From: Candidatus Bruticola sp.
GTDB lineage: Bacteria > Vulcanimicrobiota > Xenobia > Xenobiales > Xenobiaceae
Direction of reading: 5' to 3'
Assembly (NCBI GenBank): GCA_051874735.1
Contig: JBJEGD010000016.1
Coordinates: 73,250 to 137,249, forward strand
DNA length: 64,000 bases
A program made the position numbers and the translations under genes. The notes under the pieces were generated by a model, which worked only from the letters and a program-made list of their open reading frames with translations, had not been told where the DNA came from and did not search any database. The first letter of the stretch is position 1, and the number at the start of each line of letters is the position of its first letter. This document shows, one piece after another, positions 56,601 through 64,000 of this stretch.

Positions 56601-57530
56601 TTAAAGTCTATATACTTTTATTAAGGGGATCAGGGTTTTTACTCTTTCCAAAGTAAAAACGGCGGGTAGTTCAGTTTCTGCGTTAGCTGCTCCACAGGCG
56701 CTGGCCCATTGCAGTGCTTCAGGTAGCTCCATATTTTGACCGTATAAGCATAAACCGGCACTGAAAGAGTCACCGCTTCCTACCGAGCTAACTAAGTTGT
56801 CTACGGAATAGGAACAATACCAAGCCCCCTTATGGTTAACAGCCACAGCGCCACTTGCCCCCATAGTTACGCATACCATAGAAGCACCGCGCTTCAACAC
56901 TGTACGGGCCGCTTGAGCTGCTTCTTCAATTTGGTTAATAGTTTGACCGAGAGCTTCTCCCAGTTCATCACGATTGACTTTAACAGCTAATCCTTGGGGT
57001 GCATTGATAACCGCTTTTAGAGTTGCTCCCGGAGTATCTATTAAGGTAGGACCGGCCTGTTTCTGTATTTGCAAACAGAGCTGAAGATAACTTTGGGCGC
57101 TGACTCCGGGAGGTACGCTCCCTGCTAGTACAGCAGCCTGGCACTTTAAGCTTTGTTGGATAATAAAAGAACAGATGGCCTGCCAGTGACCTGAACTGAG
57201 TACAGGACCCGGTTCATTGATAACTGTGGAGTCTCCTTGGCGATGGCGCAGCAGATGGCTCATTTTTGTTTCAATATCATCGAACTCAATCCAGGCTGTA
57301 TTGAGTCCTTCCAGATCGGTTAGACGGCGCAGCAACCGTCCGGAAGAGCCGCCTAGAAAGCCTGCTGTAATGTAGGAAGAACCTAAAATTTGGCAGGCCC
57401 TTCCTACATTTAGTCCCTTTCCTCCCGCACTAATACGTAAACTTACAGCGCGGTGGACGTGATGGGGAACTAATTCAGGTATTTCTATAGTTCTGTCTAT
57501 TGTTGGGTTAGTAGCCGCAATCAGAAGCAC
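56601..57530 (-). CDS. PfkB-family carbohydrate kinase (1-phosphofructokinase/LacC-like)
   Basis: NPTID, AGGKGLNV, INEPGP, KVNRDE, SSVGSGDSF. Confidence 0.9.
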   Translation of the reverse strand: MLLIAATNPTIDRTIEIPELVPHHVHRAVSLRISAGGKGLNVGRACQILGSSYITAGFLGGSSGRLLRRLTDLEGLNTAWIEFDDIETKMSHLLRHRQGDSTVINEPGPVLSSGHWQAICSFIIQQSLKCQAAVLAGSVPPGVSAQSYLQLCLQIQKQAGPTLIDTPGATLKAVINAPQGLAVKVNRDELGEALGQTINQIEEAAQAARTVLKRGASMVCVTMGASGAVAVNHKGAWYCSYSVDNLVSSVGSGDSFSAGLCLYGQNMELPEALQWASACGAANAETELPAVFTLERVKTLIPLIKVYRL

Positions 57531-57538
57531 GTCAGTAA

Positions 57539-60500
57539 CTACCAGCCTCCGCTGGCGCCTCCCCAGTCGGAACTGCTGGAAGAACTGCTGCCAGAAGAAC
57601 CGCCAGAGGAGCTTCCTGATGATGAGGATCCGCTACCGGAATAACCGCTGCTAGAAGAGCTGCCGCTGTCGTAGTAAGCATCTCCGCTGCCGTAGCTGCT
57701 ACTGAAACTGCCTCCGGGAGTGTAACTGCCGCTGGAAGAAGAGGCCGGAGCTTCTTCGTATACATATTTAGGCTCCGGTCTAACTTCAGGAGCTTTTTCC
57801 AGAGGAAGGTCAGCTCTATTGTTGTCTCCAGCTTTCATAGTCAATTTCGCAGCATTGTCTTTGAAACCATCGCGCTTACAAGTTATCTTATACTGCTTGC
57901 CGGAAGTGAGCCCGCTTCCTATTATCAGGCGTCCATTGCCATCAGCTTTACCAACTTGTTTACCGTCTAAGAAAACTAGGGCGTTGGGATTAGTAACTAC
58001 GGTAAGAGAGGGATTCAAAGGCAAGTTAATACTGAACTCGCTGTCAGGTTGAGCTGCACTGACTTTGACGTTTTTCTTAACTGCGCTGTGCATGCTGGAA
58101 CTGGCTTTGATAGTATAGTTTTTGTCAAAATCGATTTCAAATTCTGCAGATTGTCCACTCTTGACGGCAATTTTTTTGCCGTTCTGAAGGAGAACTATAT
58201 TAGGAGTGTACTGAGAGAAACGGTCTCCTTTAAGATTGACTCGTACCGTGCCTTTGCTTCGGGTAAGAGATACTTCTTCTTCTTTATCTCCGTCATTGGG
58301 ACTGACTGTGACTTTCTTATGGAAAGTTTTGAAACCAGGAGCAGTTACAGTTACTTCCAGAGGTTTGTCTGTAGGTACCTCAAATCTGGCTATTCCGCCT
58401 ACTGCCTGCATTTCGCTATTATTGATCTTCTCACCGGCGCAAGTTACTTTTACTTTGGGCTGAGACGACAATTTATCGTTAGTAATTTTAACGACTAATC
58501 CGGCCGGAGCGCCAATCATATCTATAGCCAGTTCTTTAACTGAGTTCTGAGAATCAAGATTAATTTTAGTATCCTTGTCTTTAAAACCGTCGGCTGATAC
58601 CCTGACTACGTATTCTTGATTAAGTTTAACGCGCATAGTCAGCTTGCCGTTGTCAGTTTTTTCAGTCTTTATAATATTGTCATACAGTATTAAAGATACG
58701 CTAGCATTAGGCGCATTGCTTACTTCTACTTTAACCTGACCTTTGGGGAAGAAGAAATAATAGTAACCGCTCCCGCCTAATAAAACTACAAGCAGCAGGG
58801 CCACAATCAGGCCTATAGAACCGCCACTGCTCTTTTGGGGCTGCATCTGTTTGGCAACGCGCACTGTGCCAGGACCATCAGTTAAGGAAGGGCGCTTGGG
58901 AACAGAAGAGGGAGGGAACTGGGAAGAAGCATTGGGATTGATAACTGCATCGCCCATGGCCCTGCCGCTGCGTAAGCTCTCAATATCGTTGTTCTCTGGT
59001 TGAGCAGAAACGAAGGGGCTATCTTGAAACTGTTGTCCCAATCCAGACTGTTCACGATTTTCAACAAAAAGTTGCTGTGAGCCTGCTCCTTCATGTTTAG
59101 CTTTTTGGCTCTGGTTTCGGCTGCTGGGGAAACCAGAGGAATCCAAGTCGCTGCGAGAGTCATCAAGATTCTGCGCGGTGGCGTCGAAACGGCTGCCACT
59201 CAAAGGAACAGGCACTGGCTGTGGGTCGTTAGGATCGAAAGTCATGCCGGTACTGTTTAAGCTTCCGCGTATGGCCGAACTGCCGTCTGCGGGTTGCGGC
59301 GGGTATACAGGCTGATTAGGGAAAGCTTCCGGTTGAGGAGGATAGTTGCCCTGTGGATAGTTAGGTTGCTCAGGGAAAGCTCCTGGCTGAGGAGGATAAT
59401 TCCCTTGTGGGTATCCGGGCTGATTAGGGAAAGCTTCCGGTTGAGGAGGATAATTTTCCCGCTTATAGTTAGGCTGCTCAGGAAAAGCCTCCGATTGAGA
59501 AGGGTAATCGCTAGGCGGATAGCTGCTCTGATCGGGAAAAACGCTCTGCTGAGGAGGATAATTATTCGGCGGATAGCTGTTCTGATCGGAGAAAACGCTC
59601 TGCTGAGGAGGATAATTCCTAGAATCATGGGGACGATTCAAATCAGCAGAATAAGAGTTCTCTCCGTAAGAAGATTTCTGTGTTGGCGGCTGAATATGCG
59701 TTTGGGAACGTCTGGACTGGCGCGCACCTACAGAAGTGGAACGGGAAGGAATTGATGAAAGAGGAACTGTACGGGGTTGTGTAGTGGAAGGACGGGCTGA
59801 GCCAGTATCGCGTTGTCCACCGCGAGAAGAAGCTTGTTCACTTAGATTTTGGGGAGAATCTGGAGCACTTTCATTGTTATAAGCGGGTTGGCGAGCCGAA
59901 TTTCCGGGACGCTGTTCTCTGGGCATGCCTTGTTCGCTGCCGCGCTGATTAAACTCCAAGTTGAGCAGGCGTTTTTCTGCATCTTGAATTGAGGCTTCTA
60001 CGTCGGAAGAAACGTTCTGCTTGCGCATTAGCATTCCTAAAGTGCCGCCGGCGGTTTTAGATCGCAGCAAGCGCATATCACCGCCCGAAGAAGTTTGAGA
60101 ACCGGAAAAACCGCCGCCGCTAAGATCGCCGCGTCTATCTTGCGATTGGAAAGGATTTTCGCCTAGAGGTGCCATATCAGAAACTCCATTTTTGTCAGAA
60201 TCAAGGCCGACTTCTATTTCTTCTATAAAATCTTCGATAGAACAGTCGCGGTCCATAGGTTCGGAGACCATCAAGCGGGCTATCAAAGTTTCTAGCCATA
60301 TTGGCGCTTTGGGCAAATAAGCCCGCAAGCGGGGCATTTGGGGAAGAGCTTCTCCCGGAGTAGAAACTAATCCGGGGGTAGGCCGTTCTCCAGTTACCAT
60401 ATAGTATAAGGTAGCTCCCAAAGAGAATAGATCGGATTTAGAGTCTGGGGCAGAATCAGAAACTAATTCGGGAGCTATAAAACCAAGGCGCTTGGAATCG

Positions 60501-61000
60501 TTCTTTAGCTCTTCGTTATGAGTGAACAGCGCTCTGGAAGTACCAAAATCAGTAATAACTACTCTGCCTGTTTGTTTTTCTATAATGATATTGCCAGGAT
60601 GCAAATTGCCGTGAAATATGCCTTGTTTGTGAGCTGCATTCAGACCTTTAGCCACCTGTTGCATAATTTGGCAGGCGTGATCTGTTTCGAACTTTTTGTA
60701 ATGCTCTATTAAGGTTTGCAGTGATACTCCGTCAATGAACTCCGTAGCAATAAAATGATAACTTAGATCTTCACCTAAATCGTAAGCTTTAGCAATGTTG
60801 TCATTTGCAAGAGATGAGGACACGACCACAGCCCTCTGCAGATCGGTAATTAGTCCTGCATCTGAGCTGAGTGAAGCATTTAGAACTTTCAAAGCTACCC
60901 GTTTGTGCGTGTTTTCATTGACAGCTTGATAAACAATCGCTGACGGGCCTTTGCCTATTTCTTCAATTATCTCATAGACACCAATATTTGATGGAACCAT
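57539..61000 (-). CDS. Hanks-type Ser/Thr pseudokinase with Y/P/Q repeat linker, TM, PEGA-like beta domains and Ser/Gly tail
   Basis: IGKG, VALK, HGNLHPGN (in place of HRDLKPxN), DFG, APE, SDLFSLG; TM GLIVALLLVVLLGG; repeated Y..v.a.GFK beta-sandwich units. Confidence 0.85.
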   Translation of the reverse strand: MVPSNIGVYEIIEEIGKGPSAIVYQAVNENTHKRVALKVLNASLSSDAGLITDLQRAVVVSSSLANDNIAKAYDLGEDLSYHFIATEFIDGVSLQTLIEHYKKFETDHACQIMQQVAKGLNAAHKQGIFHGNLHPGNIIIEKQTGRVVITDFGTSRALFTHNEELKNDSKRLGFIAPELVSDSAPDSKSDLFSLGATLYYMVTGERPTPGLVSTPGEALPQMPRLRAYLPKAPIWLETLIARLMVSEPMDRDCSIEDFIEEIEVGLDSDKNGVSDMAPLGENPFQSQDRRGDLSGGGFSGSQTSSGGDMRLLRSKTAGGTLGMLMRKQNVSSDVEASIQDAEKRLLNLEFNQRGSEQGMPREQRPGNSARQPAYNNESAPDSPQNLSEQASSRGGQRDTGSARPSTTQPRTVPLSSIPSRSTSVGARQSRRSQTHIQPPTQKSSYGENSYSADLNRPHDSRNYPPQQSVFSDQNSYPPNNYPPQQSVFPDQSSYPPSDYPSQSEAFPEQPNYKRENYPPQPEAFPNQPGYPQGNYPPQPGAFPEQPNYPQGNYPPQPEAFPNQPVYPPQPADGSSAIRGSLNSTGMTFDPNDPQPVPVPLSGSRFDATAQNLDDSRSDLDSSGFPSSRNQSQKAKHEGAGSQQLFVENREQSGLGQQFQDSPFVSAQPENNDIESLRSGRAMGDAVINPNASSQFPPSSVPKRPSLTDGPGTVRVAKQMQPQKSSGGSIGLIVALLLVVLLGGSGYYYFFFPKGQVKVEVSNAPNASVSLILYDNIIKTEKTDNGKLTMRVKLNQEYVVRVSADGFKDKDTKINLDSQNSVKELAIDMIGAPAGLVVKITNDKLSSQPKVKVTCAGEKINNSEMQAVGGIARFEVPTDKPLEVTVTAPGFKTFHKKVTVSPNDGDKEEEVSLTRSKGTVRVNLKGDRFSQYTPNIVLLQNGKKIAVKSGQSAEFEIDFDKNYTIKASSSMHSAVKKNVKVSAAQPDSEFSINLPLNPSLTVVTNPNALVFLDGKQVGKADGNGRLIIGSGLTSGKQYKITCKRDGFKDNAAKLTMKAGDNNRADLPLEKAPEVRPEPKYVYEEAPASSSSGSYTPGGSFSSSYGSGDAYYDSGSSSSSGYSGSGSSSSGSSSGGSSGSSSSSSSDWGGASGGW
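59294..59617 (-). repeat. Six tandem 54-bp (18-aa) coding repeats, consensus NYPPQxxxFPxQxxYPxx
   Basis: GAGGAGGATAATT recurs with a 54-bp period (e.g. 59551 and 59605). Confidence 0.92.
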
Positions 61001-61357
61001 GATAACACCTGGCCTCTGTTACATTCTCTTGCCTATGACAATTAGCGCCGTTGCGCTTTAGGCAGTTTGCTACTCTGTATTCTTCGATCTGTATTGACAG
61101 CTCAGAATACAGGTGTTTTATATTTGTTTTACAATAGCTTACTCCCTGCTTAGGAGGAAATTCCTTTATTATTTTGAGGTAAGTTTGCTGTTTTTAGGAT
61201 CGTATCTATCTATATATAGTGCAACGCATAGATCCAGTTTTCCATTGTTCACTGATAGCAATGTTTGTTTTAAATTGAAAATAGGTTATACAGGTCGGCT
61301 TAGAATATTCTGCACCTTGCTCTTTCTTCGCCTGGTGTGCAGTTAGGTATAAAAAAT

Positions 61358-63097
61358 ATGGTCAATCTAAATGTGAAAGCCTTTCGAGCTGTAAGGCGAT
61401 CTTTGATAAATTATAATGTTCTGACTGTCGAATGTTTGTACGCTTTGGCAGTAGGGATTATTACAGCTGTGGCTGCCATATGCTTCGATTTTATGATTAA
61501 AGGGGTGAATCGTTTTTCTTTAACTGTTCTACCTGAAGTTTGGTGGAGCATACCAGTATCAATTTCGGTTGGAGGCTTACTTACCGGTTTATTTCTGCGC
61601 TGGCGTGCCCAAGATTTAAATCCTGGTGGGGTATCGGGAGTTATTACTAGTGTTTTTGAACAGCATGGGTTGATTCACGGCCGGGTAGCTTTAATTCGCA
61701 TGATTTCTTCCGCTCTTACTATCGGAAGTGGAGGCTCAGCCGGGCGCGAAGGTCCTATTGTACAGATTGGTGCTTCTTTAGGTTCAAAGTTAGCGCAGAT
61801 TTGCAAATTATCTGAACATCATACCGTTCTTTTGTTAGCCTGCGGGGTCGCCTCCGGTATTTCTTCTGCTTTTAATGCGCCTATTGCCGGGATTTTTTTC
61901 GCTTTAGAAATTATTTTAGCCCGTTTTACTTATCATTCTTTCAGTCTTATAGTTCTGAGCTCTGTAACCTCCTGTGTGGTTACGCGTCTGTTAGTGGGTG
62001 ATATCGCTGAATTTTCTGTTCCAGTATATGCCCTTCAGAGTTCCTGGGAAATGATTTTTTGCCTCGGTGTAGGGTTAGCTGCTGCTTTGACCGGCGTAGC
62101 TTTTACCCGTTCTTTGGCTTTGAGCGAAAAATTGTTTGCTAAGTTGCTTTTCCCTAGTTGGGCTAAGCCGGCTGTGGGTGGTTTTTTATGCGGAGTTTTG
62201 GCTATATTTTATCCGCAGATTATGGCCGGAGGTTATGAAGTTATGAATGAAGCTATGAACGGCCATATGCTTTTATCTCTTATGCTTATTTTAGCGGTGG
62301 CTAAAATTTTGGGAACGTCTTTTATTTTAGGCTCAGGAGGAGCCGGAGGGGATTTGGCGCCCTCTCTGTTTATTGGTTGCATGCTGGGGGGAGTTTACGG
62401 CGGGGTGGTCAATTTTTTAGTTCCTAGTTTGGCTGTCTCGTCGGGAGCTTACGCTCTTATAGGCATGGCTGCTGTGTTTGCTGGAGCAGCTAGAGCGCCT
62501 TTGACAGCAGTATTTATGATTTTTGAAACTACCATGAATTATCATCTGTTAATGCCTCTTTTGGCTTCCTCTGTGGTGGCATCCCTGTTTGCTTCTGCTT
62601 TGGATAAAGAGTCTCTCTATACTCTAAAACTTAGTCGCAGTGTTTTAGAAATGCAGCAGCGGGGCGATAATATGATCGGGCCTCTAGAAAAGATTAGCGT
62701 ATCTGAAGTTATGAAGCCAAACTTCGCCTTTATCAGTCCTAATGATTCGGTGCACCATCTGATTATTCGCCTGCAAGAGACGGGGTATTCTCTGTTAGCT
62801 GTACTTGATGACCAAGGCATTTTTTGTGGCCAGGTCGATCGCCGCGATATTATATACTGGAAAATGCGCTGTCATGGTTGTGATACTAAGCTGACTAGTG
62901 TTAAAGAAATTATGCGCACCGACGTGGAGTTTCTTACTCCTCAGGATTCTTTGGCCTCCGCTGTGCGTACAATGTGCCGCTGTCGATGCGGCTGTCTGCC
63001 AGTATTTGAGTCTGCTTCTTCTCATCGTTTGTTGGCTATGTTAGATCGCCAGGAAATTCTGCAAGCTTTTACCAAATCTCAGGGAGATATATTTTAA
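61358..63097 (+). CDS. CLC-family anion channel/transporter with two CBS domains
   Basis: GSGGSAGREGP, FNAPIAG, RAPLT, SLY, C-terminal VSEVM/VKEIM CBS pair. Confidence 0.92.
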   Translation: MVNLNVKAFRAVRRSLINYNVLTVECLYALAVGIITAVAAICFDFMIKGVNRFSLTVLPEVWWSIPVSISVGGLLTGLFLRWRAQDLNPGGVSGVITSVFEQHGLIHGRVALIRMISSALTIGSGGSAGREGPIVQIGASLGSKLAQICKLSEHHTVLLLACGVASGISSAFNAPIAGIFFALEIILARFTYHSFSLIVLSSVTSCVVTRLLVGDIAEFSVPVYALQSSWEMIFCLGVGLAAALTGVAFTRSLALSEKLFAKLLFPSWAKPAVGGFLCGVLAIFYPQIMAGGYEVMNEAMNGHMLLSLMLILAVAKILGTSFILGSGGAGGDLAPSLFIGCMLGGVYGGVVNFLVPSLAVSSGAYALIGMAAVFAGAARAPLTAVFMIFETTMNYHLLMPLLASSVVASLFASALDKESLYTLKLSRSVLEMQQRGDNMIGPLEKISVSEVMKPNFAFISPNDSVHHLIIRLQETGYSLLAVLDDQGIFCGQVDRRDIIYWKMRCHGCDTKLTSVKEIMRTDVEFLTPQDSLASAVRTMCRCRCGCLPVFESASSHRLLAMLDRQEILQAFTKSQGDIF

Positions 63098-63762
63098 AGT
63101 ATATGTTCAGTATGATGCCGAGGTATAACTGTAATGTCAATTAGTAGTCGCATAACCGTGCTAAAAAATCAAATAGTCATAGCCCAGTAGCCTATCTGTA
63201 ACTTCCTGTGTCACGCCATTAAGTTATTAAATTTTATTGGCGACACTAAACGTCTTATAAATAGTTAGTCTGCCAGTTTCGTTGCCTGAAGCCTAAATTT
63301 ATCTGCTTTAATACCCAATATGAGAGCAATTGAATTTGTAGAGAAATGATAAATATACCAAAAGTGTATATAGTTTGCTATAGATAATTTACTTAAGAGA
63401 TCATGTTATTTTGGTTATTGTCGTGAAATTTTTATTTTATCTGTAATGTCATAAATTTAAAAAAAGTTAAAAATATAGTTAACATTGTAGATGCGGGAAG
63501 TCAAATCTTCCAATCCAAAATTATCTATTTGATGCACGATCAGGTGAGGAATATACTCAAGTTACCATTTAGGCTATATATTCAAACACATTGGATTTTC
63601 TGTTCGGTTTAGAAGGAATTAATAATTTTAGGCAGTTATGGGAGGATAGGTTAGGAATTTCAGGGGACTCAGCTCCTAAAGGTTGTTTTTTGGGCGGACA
63701 ACTTAGACAAAATGTCCTCGCTGTAGCTGAGGAAATCCTACGTTTACATTTATAACAATAGC

Positions 63763-63852
63763 AAAAAGGCCCCCTCGGTACTCTAGATAGGGCCTTCCGG
63801 TGTTTGGCCTAGGTAATTAAGCTGTAAAAGCTTTTTCGGCAGGCCTTTTTTT
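63763..63852. terminator. Nested inverted repeats / probable terminator upstream of the putative rrn promoter
   Basis: AAAAAGGCC...GGCCTTTTTTT outer repeat and AAGGCCC/GGGCCTT inner repeat. Confidence 0.5.
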
Positions 63853-63879
63853 ATTGTTTCAATTAGTGACGGTTATTTT

Positions 63880-64000
63880 TAATAAAATAAACTCTTTTTC
63901 TTCTAAAGTACTTGACATAGTAAGGTCTGCGCGGTAATATACTCAAGCAGTCGCGATGAGCGACCCGCAAACAGGTTTTGAAAACAGAATAGCAGCTTTT
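63880..64000 (+). promoter_or_regulatory. Strong sigma70 promoter and leader, probably of an rRNA operon starting beyond the window
   Basis: AT-rich UP-like region, TTGACA (63912-63917), 17 nt, TAATAT, a TCGC-gatga-GCGA hairpin, and boxA-like TTTTGAAAACAGAATA. Confidence 0.6.

Noticed and set aside
57532-57765. Ala/Leu-rich 77-aa ORF
   Set aside because: Alternative frame of the pseudokinase Ser/Gly tail
59257-59755. CRISPR array or separate repeat ORFs
   Set aside because: The units are in-frame degenerate 54-bp coding repeats without unique spacers, and no cas genes are present
63763-63800. SAM-I riboswitch on the minus strand (TATCTAGAG...GAGGG)
   Set aside because: Lacks GCAACC, GGTGC and the P1 return, and has no downstream gene

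Overview
A gene-dense, moderately AT-rich bacterial chromosomal window with no recognisable mobile element, CRISPR array or tRNA gene. The left arm (minus strand) holds DUF58/vWA, transglutaminase, MoxR, TPR protein, dedA, ftsE, ftsX and an EnvC-like M23 peptidase, followed by three tandem CtpA/S41 proteases; the third runs off the window and is missing from the ORF track. Next come an APH-like kinase, a methyltransferase, a lipoprotein alpha-2-macroglobulin with pbpC, radA-sbcD-sbcC-radical SAM-pgeF, an OmpR-family regulator with a PhoR-like kinase, two NCS2-like permeases, an S8 protease-CBM48 fusion, gpsA, a 3D-domain protein, htrA, rsfS, a HAMP/receiver membrane protein, mutS2, an APC permease, a PfkB kinase, a Hanks-type kinase-like membrane protein, a CLC-CBS protein and a probable rRNA operon promoter at the right edge. 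The strongest signal is a set of intact genes whose key catalytic residues are replaced: a histidine kinase with His->Arg, a Hanks kinase with HRD->HGN plus six 18-aa Y/P/Q repeats, a receiver with Asp->Glu, and a macroglobulin with no CxEQ thioester. Also seen are an unannotated 49-aa membrane protein and a ~230-nt structured leader upstream of rsfS. All family calls come from motif recognition by eye; no database searches were run.
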